From contig OZ076418.1 of NCBI GenBank assembly GCA_964187785.1, positions 34,162,001 through 34,226,000 on the forward strand: a DNA stretch of 64,000 bases, written 5' to 3'. A program made the position numbers and the translations under genes. Below the pieces are notes generated by a model, which worked only from the letters and a program-made list of their open reading frames with translations, made no database searches and was not told where the DNA came from. How positions within the stretch are numbered: position 1 is the stretch's first letter; each line of letters begins with the position of its first letter. Shown here one piece after another: positions 45,068-59,289 of the stretch. Source of the DNA: Amphiscolops sp. MND2022 (taxonomy: Eukaryota).

Positions 45068-48000
45068 TCAAACTTGACTTGCGGATTTCTGTTTCATAAA
45101 ATTCAAGAGAGCGGGTTTTGCTTCTTTCAGACTGTACCTGGTTATGGTACTGCGTTTGATAGATGCATGTAGTTCTGTTGACGACGTAGTGGACAGTACA
45201 TCATCGGTTATTTGATTGTATTGTTCAGACTCGTGAGTTGGCGGTAAGTGAAATGCTTGATGGTGTTGGTTCTCAGGTACGCTTTGTTGCGCAGTTTCGT
45301 TATGAATGACTACTGGAATAAGGTTTTTGTGTGGGAAGTTCTTCACGGATTTGCTCGCGGTCGTAAGAAAATAATTTCGTGTTCAGTATCGACTATCTCA
45401 GGCTCGTTGAAATCAGTTTCGCCTTTTCATGCAGTTGTTGTTGTCTGATCGGCTTAGGGTAAGTTACCGTTAGAAACCTTTTGATCTTCTATTGCCATAG
45501 GGTCGCTATAGTGGCGGTTTGTATCGTTTATCACCTCCTCAATTGGGTCGTGCGGTACAAATGGGCGGAGCCGTTTCATTAACGCAGTGCTTTTTAAAAG
45601 ACCCTTTTTATGTAACAATGTAATTAGAGTGTGATAGTACCTTCACTACATTGTAAGGTCTTTCCCACTTGAAAGAGTTGAAAGGCATTCTTTCCGAGTG
45701 TGAACGGATTTTGGGATTCAACAAAAAGGCAAAGTCATTCACCTTCAGTGGCGATGCTTGCGCTTTCTGTACGCCTCGTTCTTGTGAAAAGCTTCAATTA
45801 TGTTCTCGTGCGTTTCTTCGAAGTTGGAGCTTAGGTTGACGACGAGTAATTGCACGTCAGTAGCATTCCGCGGCGAACTCAGAGGGTTGCTAAAGCTGGA
45901 ATCTAAGGCGTTATACGGTACACGGCCTTGAAACATTTCAGTCGGTGTGCATTCCAGAGTTTGGTGGTAAGTCATATTTTGAGCTATTACAGCGAGGTTG
46001 ACGTAGCGATCCCATTGCGTTCGGTCCGCAGAGACACTTATCTTTGAGATTTGTTTCAGTCTTTGACGCGACCGCTCGATCATCCCAATAATTTAGGCGT
46101 GCTTGAATCTAGCATGGGATACTTTGTTACCAGCTTTCTTCATTAGTTCTTCGATGAATTGCGAAGTGAAGGCTGAGCTTTTTCATTGACGATGTGTTTG
46201 TGCACAAAGGCGTGTTTATTGAATATGTGCATTGAAACGTCAACTACAGATTTGGTGTCAGGTTTTCGGATAGGCATGGCAAACAGATATGGCGAGAAGT
46301 AGTCGCGAGCAGTTGAAGTGTTTGAGTACCCATTAGATCACGGTAACTCACCAACTAAATTTACCTCCAAGATATCTTCTCGCCCATGCAACGGTCGTAG
46401 GTAGATGTACCCGAGTGGTGTGGTAACGGTGTTGTTTTTACTGGTTCTGTTTTTCTACAAGTTTGACAGATGTTCACAAACGTTTGCACCTTTTTCTGCT
46501 GAGTTCGGTATGTAGTACCTTTTTCGGAGTTCAGCTCACATTTCGGAAAGGCCACTGTGTCCCCGCGAGGGGTCGTCATGCATTGTCCTGAATATGGTTT
46601 CAATAGTTTCTTTAGAAACTACAATTTGACGGCAAATAAGGTTTTCTACATTGTCAGAAAAAAGGTTTGTGCCAGACACCGTTGAGTACTCAAGTCTTTT
46701 TTGGTTTTTGAAGAGCTTTCAAAAAAAAGACACTTGTAAAGTTCATTTAGCATGGGGAGGTTCCAGGAGCAACTAAGATCATCATGATCCGTTGGACCAT
46801 TACTATTAAATTCTTGAGCCCTAACAGTTTACGAAGCCCCCGATGGGCATATCTGACATTCCATGTGAAACTGGTTTAGTAGGTAGAGTCGTGTGTGGAG
46901 GAGAGTAGCACCGAGGGATTCACGAAGGGTTGCAGTTGAGATCTGATGTTAACGATGCTTTTTTGGTACTGAACTTCTTCTTCGTGATGTTGTTGTGGGA
47001 ACATCGTCAGGAAAGTCTGCACCATGGGGTTTGTTGTTGAAGCAACATCTGTTGCATTTGGTTCACATTGGATGTATTTTTCTTCGTCATCTCGTTTGTG
47101 TGTTTTCGAAGCTGAGTAGATTTCGATTCTGAACACAAGTATCGCGTCTTTGATTTTGAGGTGGATCCTGTCTTCCGGGTTGGAGACGCCATTGGACAAG
47201 TAATCGGATTCTGGGTTTTCGACACCAGGAACGTGAGCCAAGACGAAGTCGAATTGGAGAGCCTGGTCGCAGTAATTCCACAAGTTTTGCGGTCTCCTTT
47301 TGGACTGGAAGAACCTTTTGATGGTTTTTTGTCAGTCATGACAATCGTCGGTTTCCTCATGCCCCACAAGATGTGCTCGTTTTCATCAAAGGCAAAGTGC
47401 ATGGCCAGGAACGCTTTTGAACTCCTGCGATCCGACGGCTACTAGTGCATATGATTTTTTCGGCCATTCATCAGTTTCGGTGTAATCCTCGATCAAGGAA
47501 CGTACCCAGCTGCATGCTCAATAGCAATGCATATGATCACTAGTTGTTTGTCAGGAAGTAATAGTCGCAAGGAAACACTGGCAGCACTGGCTAAATTCTT
47601 GTTGATATCGAATATGGCGTCTTTGTGAACTTCGATAATTTCAATTTTGTCATATTTCTGTAACAATTTACAATTTTTATAAATTACGAGTTTGCCAGTT
47701 AATCGAGGTATGTATTGTCGATAGTATAGGACAAATCCGATGTATCGTTGCAATGACGTTACTGGTGTTGGAAGTTTGTTGTTCTTCAGGAACTGGTCAG
47801 CGCTGTTTTCAATTGGAGCGACCCCTTTCGAAGTTATAATTCTATCCAGGACTTCTATTTCAGGGTGACCAAAGGCGCACTCGGCCATGGTCAGTTTCAG
47901 TCCTCCTTGCCTGAACTTAATGAACACAGATTCAATGTTGTCGACTAGTTCAACGACAGTACTGGCTGCAATGCCAATTTCGTCGACGTTTTGAGCCCAA

Positions 48001-51000
48001 TTATCAGTGTTGTAAAAGGAGTCCAAGTACCCGTTGACAGTACTGTTGAAGGCTGACAGTGAACGATTCAAGCAGAGCCATTCAGAGGTAGGCGAGGGCT
48101 AAATTTTTAAAAGTGAATGCAAGCAATTGGACTGATTGCTCACCTGCCATTGTTAGGCAATGATATGCATGCGAACAGTCCAGTTTGCAGAAGTAGCGTT
48201 TTGCAGTCATATGTTGTGCTGCATCTGCCATTGTTGTCACTGGGTGGTTGTGTTGATTGCGATATTTATTTAACAAGTGATTTCTTCTTCGTAGGTTGCC
48301 AAGGATCCTCAGGTTCCCATTTGGCTTCCATTTGGCGAAGATTGGTGACGGGTACCTGCTTTAGAGTATCATTGTGATTTTACCGTACTCCTGCATCAAC
48401 GTCAGCTCAGCAAACAATTCACTTTTCAAATTCGTTGGTTTTGGTAATATTTGTGCATGGACTGCTTCGTCGTGTTTAGGAGTCAATTTTTTTGAATTCT
48501 GTGTTGATTCCGATGTTCAGTCTATGTCTAGCAAAGATGTCCTGGTGTTTGACCAATAGTTCCTCTTTTGTCTGTTTCTCATTAGGAGTCAAAATTCATT
48601 GTTCCCACTGAATTGATTTGTTCACTAGCAGTCGGATCCAGTTTCTCCTCTGCGATTAGTTTGTTGATCTCTTTGTAGATGCGCCGATCAATCTTGTTGA
48701 GTTTCGACGGATCATCACATGTCTCAGGGGTAAGTTACCATCGTTTTTTTGATTTGATTGCTGGATCTGGGAAAAATTGGTTCAGCACTGCTTTTGAGTC
48801 GTCTGGGTAATGGGAGATTAGTGTCATTTGTTGATTGCTCATTGGTTGTCACATCAAGGGATTGTTAGCCTGGTTTGGTGTAGAGATCTTGAAGGATGCT
48901 ACCTTGTAGCCATTTTGATTGTTCTTTGATAGTTTATTGGGTTGGTCATTTGGACCTGTGTTTGTACCTTCTGGGTCTCACTGAGAACTAGAGAAACCAG
49001 TAGATGTGATCTTTGCTCGAAAGCAAGCAGACCTTCAACTGTGCTAGTGATTTCGCCAATGTTTTGTTCGATGATCACTGGTACAAACACTTGTTGGTGT
49101 GGCTGGATGACCGTCTTCTGTATCAGTGTCACTTCGATGAGTTTTGTAAACTTTCCGTTCGTGAAGCGGACTTGGAGTATTATGTCCGGGAAATTGACGA
49201 TGTTGTTGACCAGATCCAAAGTGACATGCATCTGAGCACAATGCCGCTTGTAGGCAAGACCATAAATTTTCCTCGAACACCTTGCCTCGGATGAAGAAAC
49301 GGAGAAAAACTTGTTTCCGTGCAGGTACTATGTTGCCTCTGGGGATTTCTACTTTGAAGTCCGGCGCAGGTAATTCTTCAAGGAGGGCTGCAGGGTGAGC
49401 TGTTAGGTTGAGCGTCGTATTTGCATTGTTTTGCGCCTGTGTCGAGGAGTCCAATTTTTTTTGTAGCTGCGGAACTGAAGATGGACGTAGAAGATGTGGT
49501 TCTTCTTCTTGAGTTGCAGAACTCTTTGAGACACTTCTTGGTTTTGGCTGTTGGTGTGTCTGAAGTGGTTTCTGTTGTGGAGCTATCTACAAGGGTTGTT
49601 TGGCTTTTCAGATATTTTGTTTGTCTGGATGATTCTTGGGTCTGATTGTGTAGTTGTCGCCTGAGTGTCGAGTAATGATGTAATTCGTCATCTCTTTGGT
49701 GTAAGTGGATGAACGGGTCTGCTGTATAACGGGTCATCAGTATAGTATGTTATTTTAGAAGTAGTCAGTAATTTGTTGTTTTGGTGCGCACCTTTTTTTG
49801 GCGTTTGAGGAGGATGACGTGACTTTAGACTTTTTTAGATCTTCCATGTCATCATGGTCCCTTCAGTCTCTTCTGTCTTGTTATGTTTCGGATATGGGGG
49901 TACATCCAGTTCATTTGTCGTGTACAATCTGTTGTTCGCTCGACAAAAATACTTTCGTAACTGCTTGTTTTCGGTCGTTGATTGTTTGGTGTACGGAACG
50001 TTTCGGTGAACCGATGTAGTTGAGTTTCTGTAGTAGCAATCACGTGCTGAATGTACCACCTTTCCACATATGTGGCAGACGAGTTTGCTGTTGTACTTTG
50101 GCTTAGTGTCTTGGTTTTTTAGGCTGGCGCGAATGTTTGTTGTTGTTTCTGGTCCGCAGGTTTTGTTGTGTTCTGCTCTTGGAGACCATTCCTGCATTCG
50201 GTCCATTAATGTCCGCGGTTGCCACTGTGGCGACAATTTTCATCAAACTCGCGTTTAACTTCTGGATTCTGTCGAGGTTGGACGTTTGTGCTCGATGATT
50301 TGTGGTTTGTTGGTTAAGGAACTCCGATTTGATTGAATGGTTGTGCAGAAGATGATGCTGGCATCAGTTGTGCATACTGACTACACATATTGTATTTTCC
50401 GACTAAGGCATCATGCTTTCCGGGGACAACTAGTTTGTTTTCCACTTGCACCGGGAGATTTGCGAAGACGAATGTCTTGGTGATGTCCGCTGACCAGTCA
50501 CCAAATGCTTTTGTCGGCTGCTTGTTTGAATTTGTTCAGACAATTGTTGAACGTTTCTGTTGTGTTGTCGTAGCGCATTTGGTCAAATTTATACTTGGCG
50601 TCCTCTTTTAGTACCTCTTTTGCATAATCTCTTTTTTGAAACAATTGAGCATTTTGCGAGGGTTGTCTGAGAAATGACTTTCAATGTCTGCAAAATTCAT
50701 TTGCTTGGCGAGGCACGCTTTGGAAGTACGTTAATGTCTGTTCCTCCGTCAGTCGACGTTGGTGTGGCCTGAGGTGGTTCAGTAATAAGTGCTTAAATTC
50801 ATTGTACTTCTGTCTGTTACCCCGAAAAAGTGGTACTTGTGTCTGGAGTTTTTTGTTTAGGAAACGTTGTCGATCATTGTCTCCCTCAGGTGGTAAATTT
50901 TTGATCCATTATCGTCTATGTTGTGAATAAACAATTTTGGGTATCGAATTGGAGGTAGCCGACTTGGGTTCGTCTGGTGGCTTGATGAAGCTCCTGTTGC

Positions 51001-51002
51001 CA
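45068..51002 (-). pseudogene. gag-pol of element C, heavily degraded
   Basis: Knuckle CHICGKVVHSARDC; protease LLDTGA; RT HPVTTMADAAQH..YFCKLDCSHAY and NVDE (degenerate YxDD); RNase H FAFDENEHILWG..IVMTD; integrase H..H..CQTC and WDRYV..YH..TP..MF.GR. Confidence 0.85.
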
Positions 51003-51790
51003 TGTCAGAACCACACAATGTGTCACAATTAACAACATAATGTGGAATTTCTTCCCTATTGTTAGGGTTAATTCGTTGAGTACTCGAACTAGTGAAGTTA
51101 ATTTGGTCTGCAATAGCTCTAACGATTGAGGTTAATTCTCTGACATGGTTATCCATTTCCATGAATCGTTGTTCATTTCTAACTCGTTTAGATCTCTTTC
51201 AAGGTTTAGCAAATTCCCTCTCTCAATGTTGTTAGTTGCACCGGGTGTGCTTCATTCCGGGATGCTAGTGTCACATTCATTATCACCTGATTCTTCTATT
51301 TTTGGAGAATGTTGGTAGCAACTGCATACTTTTCTAAAGTAAAGGTTTGTGATTTCGCGTTTTCACCAGCTTGTGAGTTTACCAAGGTTGGTCACGTTAC
51401 CACGTCAAGCAACAGCATTGCAGCGTTGATTTAGTGATATGTAGCACCTTGGTTGGTACTTGCACAATTTACGTCAATATGATGTTGGTGCATTGCCATC
51501 ATTACGTGATCCACCAACTAAAACATATGGTTATCATGAATGAAATAATTGTGTTAAAGTTGCAAAGAAATATAATGATAATATGTTATCATCGTTACAT
51601 GAATGACTAGCTCAAACAAAATGTCTATCTTCAATTGAATATTTGCATTAAGGATACTACAATATTGTTTGTTGTCGTTGAGGCTTCCAATGGTTTTACT
51701 TCACGCAAAGATATGGAGAAATTTCTGAAAGGTGACTACATTGAAATGAGTAGGATACGTGTAAGCTAATGAGAAAAGATGTATATAACA

Positions 51791-51870
51791 ATGTTTAGGT
51801 TCATGTTTTGTGGAGCAATGTGGTTGACAATTGCCAACCACATTGCTCCACAAAACATAAACCTAAACAT
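51791..51870. repeat. Fold-back hairpin: 36-bp arms (1 mismatch), 8-nt loop
   Basis: 51791-51826 is the reverse complement of 51835-51870. Confidence 0.92.
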
Positions 51871-52621
51871 TTTTATATGTTTAGGAAAAAACTAAAGATA
51901 CGGAAAAAACTAAAGCACAAAACAACTGTGATACAATACAAGAAGATGAAAAAAGGTATTAATAAACAACATCATTGTTTACTTTTATCAAGCATGCGGC
52001 ATGACATTATGCTTCCTGAAGTTTCCTTGTTCTGTAAAAAATCAGCATGCTTGTGTCTATGCAGCATGTAAAAAGTTCAAGCAATCTCGACTAGGGGCCT
52101 AGCATGTTTTGAAACATTCTGACTTTCTGAACTTCAACAAGAGACACCAGGCGTGCAAAGTTTTCGCGCAAAGTCCGGAGCCAGGGTGTCAGAAATCAAA
52201 TCATTCACTGTACTCGAATAGTTTAGAAAAGATTGCTGATCAAAGTTCAAGACCTGATTTGTGGATGACTTCGGAAAATTTCCAGCTGTCCACTTAAGGT
52301 TGTAGAAATCAGTAAAAAATTGTAGTTCAATACTTTTCCTCTGTCAAAACTTTTGGAAATAGTCTGAAATGATCGTTTTCTCCAGTTTCAAACACGTTTT
52401 TTCTCGCGAAATAAATTTAACCATTATTCTTGTTCTTTAATCAACTAGGCAATCAATTACTTGTGCTTCATAAAGCAATACACTAGAATCGGTCCCCATC
52501 GAAGAGTGTCCTAAACTGAGTGCCTAGTCCTCAAGCTAAATCGATTTAATTTTAGGATCCAGGTCATTTGGAAAAATTACTGATTCAAAACTTCACTGTA
52601 GTTTTGACCTTGGCTCATGGA

Positions 52622-52693
52622 TCCATGTTCAACATTCCCAACCAAGAATAACATGCATGCATGATATTCTTGGTTGGGAATGTTGAACATGGA
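52622..52693. repeat. 72-bp near-perfect palindrome
   Basis: 29-bp perfect arms around A-CATGCATGCATG-A. Confidence 0.92.
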
Positions 52694-53883
52694 ACTATGA
52701 ACCAAATTCAAAACTCACAAACGTGTAAATGAATTGTGTCATGAAACTTACTGTTTGTCTGTTCATCCATCTGTTGTTGAACCAAAGTACACATTGTAGC
52801 GCTGCAAGGAGTTGAACACGCAAATTTCAACGATTTTCAGTAAATATTGATTTTTCACTTGCTTCAACAAGCAGCTCACCAACCAATATTCAGAAGTAAA
52901 GATAGTTTTAAAATTATATAACATTATATACGTCGGTCAATCATGAATGTAGAAACTGTATTGCAGTTTCACGATTGCAGTAGTTATGACTATAGTCATC
53001 AATGTACATTTCGGTTTTGCTGTGTAGTGATGACAATGTTCCTAAATGCACAGTTCGCTTTTCCTGTGTTCAATATAGGGATGATAGAAATTCACCTCGT
53101 GCACATCGTAACGATTGCGGTAATAACAGGTTTCACATAAATCAGGGCGTTCAATTGTGTTCAATCGTTCTTCCTCGTTAAATGCGTTGTGAAAATGATA
53201 ACAATTCTCTTTGAGTTTCTCTCATCAGTGAATGAATACCGCTGCTGTGGTTGACTGAACGCTTAAAATGCAATAATACAATAATGCAAAGTCATATGTT
53301 TACTGCGTTACCGAAGGCTCGCGTGGTTATTTTGTGCTTCGCTTTTACAAAAAGCGTGTTTGGTAGGTACAGTATTTGTGGAGCGGAGGCAGTCTAATAA
53401 ACAGACATCAATCCTTGAACAGTGTTTTGTTAGGCGAGCGTAGCGTCAGAAGAACGAAGCTTTTTGCGAAGATTCGCACTGAAAGTTGAACAAACTGACT
53501 GCTTTTCAAGGTTCCCGCCTGAAAGAGTGACATCTATCTCTGTTATTTTTCTACGAAGCGTCATATCTCGAGGCTCCGTAATCGACGATTTTTTAAAACA
53601 AAAACTCCAGAAGGACGCAATTGACCCTGGTGTAAGTTGGTTGTCGTCAAAAAATCTTTCGATAGCTTTTTCTGCAATGGAAACTGCAAAAAAAAGAATT
53701 TTGAGAGAGCAAATTTTGCTTTTGGACGAATTAAAGTCTTTAACTTTAGCCTTAAGTGTGGAGGTTATATGAATCGGATGAACAAGAAGCCCTGCAAATT
53801 TTTATGTAAGTTGCGTATTGAAAATCTTGATGTTTTAATCTTTTATTGTTGCTGATAAATCGACCTGTAAACTAACCAATAGC

Positions 53884-56800
53884 TGTCACAGCCCGCTCAC
53901 GGCCGATGTACCACTTGCCATGAAGGGATCCATCAGTTTGCAAGAGGCCTCGGACACACATACGGGAAAAACTACGGAATATATCACTTCCACAATGAAA
54001 GAGTTCGTCAATTAAACCTATATACGTGAGAGCTAAAAAAGTTGAATATTTAAACAGGAAAGCTGAGGCAAACGCAACGCAAAATTTGAGCTAAATGAAA
54101 TTTCACAACTAAAACTTCGCTTCTACTTTTCACTGGTGATTATTTATCATTTCCGGTTTCTTTCTCCAGATGTGTTGACCCTTGTCGGGGCAACTCGTAC
54201 ATTTCAGGTAGTTGAGTAGTAGATCCTGGATTCATCGAATCAATCTCATCCATTTCTGCATTCCCTGGTACGGGTGTTCTGTTAGACAAAGAGTCTATTT
54301 TTGAAGACATGTTTTCAATCATTTTAAGAATTTCCCTCTGTCCAGTCTCAGTATCTTTTATTCTTCTGCAGACAGATTTTCCAATTTCTCAGATATCCCC
54401 GGAAAAGTCCCTATAGGAGATACTCGGGATATTCTCCGTCCTCAGGCTCGAGGCCTCTGGCTCACCCAGTGAACTGGTCAAGGAATCTCTCCTGGTTTTT
54501 CTCTTAGAAGATCTTTCAAGCATTTTAGTCGTCAGAGTGTTACGGAGTTTAAAGGATTTTTCTCAAGATTTCCGCTAGGTAAGGAAAAAAGAAGATTTCA
54601 AACTTTATTAATTTCCAAAGGCAAAGTGACAAAAGTTTCGCAAAATAAAATTTTCAACAACTGAACTTAGTTTAAATTTTCCAACTATAAAAACTTTCCG
54701 CCCTCAAAAGCGGGGGGAAAATGAGCACACCTTTCACACCTCATTCATCCTGGCGTCCTTCCAAGGCAGGGAAACCGGAAGTTCAGTTCAGCTCTGTCGA
54801 ACTCAGACCTTCAGTTTGTTCATGCTTCCGGGGAAAGCACGCGTCCACTTCCTGTCTGAGTTGCGACTCCGCCTCTCTTCGCCTCCAATTCTTGCCTTTT
54901 CGTGACGCCGAAGCTGAACTTGGCTGTGAAAATCTGAGTGAGTCACCAAATTGCAGCTGAGGAGAAAACACAAAATCGAAAAATGACGCTAAAGAATTTA
55001 CAGAAGAATTTCGTTAAATTTAGCAACTTCGAATATACTGCGCAAGAATAATGTTAATAATAACAAAACTAGCAAACAAACTCATAACTTCATTTATGAA
55101 ACGTTAACTGCATAATTAAAATGAAAATAGTAAAATCCCTGTTCCAGGCTGTGGTTCAGGACGTTTGAGAAATTATGCAGATTAGCATGGAAGAATAATA
55201 TCAAAGCAACTGCAATTGGGATTTGCTTGAGTTAAAATCACACTAGAAACACTGTTTAAGTTAACTTGGTTGGGTTAAATGGTAACTGGTTCGAAATGGG
55301 CTTCGTATGATACTAATATATTACTAAATTACTCTGAAAACAACAAAGCCTAGGCCCAGGCCGTGGTCTGGGCTGTCCAACACTCAAACTTGATTTACAT
55401 GGAAAAATAGCATCATTTATTACTTTCAACTGTCAATCAACGATTTCAATCATGGATATTAGTTTGCTGGTTCTTTAGGATGAGAAAACTATCATCAAGA
55501 TAAATTTTCCATTTCTACAATTGCTTTTACAAATTTCCATTTCAGGCCGTGTCCTGGGTCACATCATATGGTATTTCAAATTCAGCACAGATATATATTT
55601 ATATTAACGACTATTGGTACAGCGCCTTGCTAATTGTCTTTTGAAGCATTAATACGTTTACAAGTGTTCAATAGTAACGCGTTTACTTATTGGATTAAAG
55701 CGCGCAGCGCTTTCAATTCTTAGGCTGCTTGCAAGGCCGGCAGTTTGGCTTGCAATTTTGAGGCCACACGCCAGGCCGCGAGACTGTATTTCTAATTCTC
55801 AGGCCGTTTGCCAATCAATTTACTGCGCTCAACAATAATTATTTAGCTCCGTTTTAAATACTATTCAGTATAAATTAGCTCCGTTCATGTTCTTCTTATT
55901 ATTAAATATTATTATAAAATTGTTAGCTCCGTTATTATATTTTAAAGTAAAATTTTGAATGTTTGTAGTTTGCTTACTGTCTCCTTTCCTTTGTTCTGTT
56001 CCCATTACCCTTCTCCATAGACTGCGCTTAGTTCGTTGCAGTGTTCACAGTTTAGCTGGGTCTGTGACACCAGACAATTTCCATACCGATCTAAATATCA
56101 AAACACAAACATAAAATCTGAGAACGAAATCAACCTTTTCCACCCTGAAAAGAAAATACTCAAAACGACATTTGACTCCGTAATTTCTTCGGAATTCCTC
56201 AATCTAACAATGGAACTAACCCATAAATAGTACAACGGCTTCTTTTCGGTTTGAAGTAATTGTCACTATTTACCTAAATTATAGCGAAGTAATCTAAGCA
56301 AATAAACTCAACGTAATGGTCGCGTCCCCTGGCTAAGCTAGTTTCCTAAGTTACCTGTTCAGCGGAACAATAATATTACTGCTTGGCCGGTATATTTGCG
56401 CTTAGGCCATTGAGACCGATTTTGTGACGTCACCGCTAAACGATTAGGAATGATGTCTATTAACGCATGACGTCGTTGCTACTTCACGCTGTTGGTTGGC
56501 TACAGCTAATCCTAATACACACGGAGACAATACGGAGCGATTGTAAAGTTGTAGTCTCAAGAATAAGGACTTGAACGCAACTTAGAAGGAAACTTCTCCA
56601 AGTAATATTAATTTGCAAAGGATTCGCAACTGCGACCTTCTGTGATATAAAGCGGTGTTGTAAGATGGTTTGAAAGACTAATCGCCACATCGGTGATATG
56701 AAAGTGCCTACAAAATACAATGACCTATGGTAAATGAATAATTTTCCGATCCCTAACTATGAGAGTATGTTTCAAGACATTTCAGCCTAGGAAATAAATT

Positions 56801-58100
56801 GAAGAAGATAACGCAAGGTCACCGTTATCAAGATCAAGCTGGCAAATAATGAATTCCCCATCAGAATGAAATGTGCATAGGGTCAAAAGGTGTATCTTCA
56901 GTTTTCCATTTGTAATATGGTTTACACAGATAACCTTTCAAAAATGTTAATTCCATAATGTTGCCAAAACTATTTGAAACAATTATTATGTTAAGATTTG
57001 AAGCTATTTTGTTGAACCATTTTATTCAATAATTTTGGTTGTGAGTTTCACCTCCTCATTATGTTTTGTTCATGGTAATAAACTGTACCCATCAAAATTA
57101 CGGTGTGCTCAAATTTGCGTTGGAAATATAGGATGTTACATTAATAGTGTAATTAGCCAGTAATAGGCAATTATTTTTGTACTTTACATTTAAGTGTTTT
57201 TCGAGCATCGTATGTTCCTTTTAATCAACAATTAGAGATTTTTCCACTTTCGTGATTATCAGCTCCGTTTTAGTCGCGTCACTATTCTTGCCAGTCGTAA
57301 TTTTGTTGCGATCTTCCTGAAATTTTTAACTTGGAAATTGACTAAATGTTCATGCCAGTTTCGTCGATGAAATTTTTAAGCGGATTCTTATTTTGCTGTC
57401 AAATTGAAGTCCAAACAGGAAATGTATCACCTTGAGCAAAACTGACTCAACAAAGGTCACGAACAAGCGACGCGACAAGGATTTTCGATACCTGATTTTG
57501 GGACGCGGGACTGATATGAGATGCAATATTTAAGTTTTTAGTGAACAAAACCGTATTTTACCATACCTAAGAATTTTTAGGTGGGGAACTAATGATCCTG
57601 TGAAGGTACATATATGCAGTTTTTCTTTTGTAGCGTCAGTCATTTTGTTAATGTTAAACCATTCGTTGCTTAAGCTAAAAACAATCTCTTTGAAGAATTC
57701 ACTCTTCGGAAAGACTTCTTTCATCATCTCCTGAAACTGACAACTAGACGCCAAGTTGAAGAACTAGCTTCTTAGAATCCAGGAACTCCTGTAAATGAAA
57801 ATCTAGCTTCTGAAAACCTCAATACCGGTCCTAGCAAATCCCCGAAATAACAAGCTGGGAATGTTGAGGAAATCAAAACGAAACTCCGTAAGGAGATAAT
57901 GACGGATCTCAATAAGATCTTAGCAGAAAATCAAAAAGAAATACTAAAATTGACAACTCCACCCGTCAAAAAGACATCTAATCAACATGACCTTTGCGAC
58001 TCTGATTCTGGAAGCAAAACAACTTTCATAACACCCACTCGAACTCAAATATGATCTAAAGCGACTGACTCTAACAACACTCAGTTAGTCAGTCGTTACA
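53884..58100 (+). mobile_element. Solo LTR (~2.3 kb without the nested copy)
   Basis: TGTCACAGCC...AGTCGTTACA; TSD ATAGC at 53879-53883 and 58101-58105; decayed ORF EIKTKLRKEIMTDLNKILAENQKEILKL running to the LTR end. Confidence 0.8.
54171..56069 (-). mobile_element. Nested solo LTR (1899 bp), relative of 30268-32321
   Basis: TGTCACAGAC...TCAACACA; TSD CCAGA at 54166-54170 and 56070-56074. RRIKDTETGQREILKMIENMSSKIDSLS matches KRLRDAEFGQREILRLIEDLSFKVDNLS. Confidence 0.85.
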
Positions 58101-59289
58101 ATAGCTGCATCGATTGGATATGCTAATGCTGATAATGAATTGAGTTTTTTCGTGATTGGATAGATTATCCGTGAAGTCAGCTAGGTCAACTGGCATTTAT
58201 TCTGTCAATGCTGATAAGTTTCCGACTCTTGTTAAATTCACAAAAAAGTGTATTTTCGTCATCTTGTTTTAACCTCACATGGAAAATTTAACGTCAGTGA
58301 TTGATATTCCTTTTGATATAGTACTTAGTTCGGTGGAAGTGGGAAGTAGGCACAAAAGGTGTTTTTGGGGAAAAACGGGAAAGTTGACCAAATTTTGTAT
58401 TTTGCCAAATTCAAAGTAGCCACAAGGTATTTTGAATTCTACTAATGCATATCTCGCTGTTTCTAAGGGTCTTCATGTGTTTTGCGTGCACGTCAATATG
58501 GGCCAATTTCGAAAGTGAGCCTTGCGCAGAGCTCCTTTGCGCCTATGTTTATAACATTGCTTTTTGTTCCTCATCCCCGGTTATGATTGCCGGAATTTTT
58601 TACATGCTGCCTGCATGCAAGATATTTCTGTTTATAAAACCTAGAAAAGACAGTGATTCTGCGGTTGTAAATAGTCTAAAACTACACTGCTTTTTCCACT
58701 AAGGCAAATAATTTCAAAAACTCGTTGTGAAACGTCCACTTTATATGCTTGGAACGGGTTTCATTTAAGATACCAGCCCAGTGTTTTTTCGGGATTTCCC
58801 ACTTTGATTACCACGGATTTTCAGGCGCTGATGAAAATGCCAGAGAAGAAGGAGTTCATGAGCTTTCGAAAAAGAAGGAGTCATTGTCAAGGTGGGTAAA
58901 CCAACTTTTTAAATGCTGACCTACAAAGGTAGAGGAACGAGACGGGAATGTCTAAAATTGGCACTATATTTAGGACTCAAAAGTCACAAAGTTTTTGAAA
59001 GTGTAAAAGGGGGACAGTTTGGGTTTTATGATAGTACAGTTTATTGCAAAAAATTGATAAACTTGAAGGGGAAAGGAGACAAACTCCCTTCGGAGACAAA
59101 AAAATTCGAGAAAAAAGTCGCACGGTGCCGAAACAACTTCAAAGGGTGTCGTACGTTAATTCTCTAAACTGTGTCCACTATGCATACATCCTGTTATCTC
59201 ACAAAAGGATAAAAAACGGTATTAGTCGGGGAATGCTCCTCCTGTAACGGTGAATATACACAAAACTGTTGTTTATTCGTTCAGCTTGA

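Larger units (their letters stand above)
38663..51826 (-). mobile_element. Second large Ty3/Gypsy element ('element C'), older, with truncated 5' LTR
   Basis: LTR homology between 38663-39613 and 51003-51823. PBS TGGCAACAGG below 51003, then gag-pol remnants and extra 3' ORFs. No TSD is verifiable. Confidence 0.82.

Noticed and set aside
58740-59250. Short coding-like ORFs
   Set aside because: No motif or splice pattern I can support.
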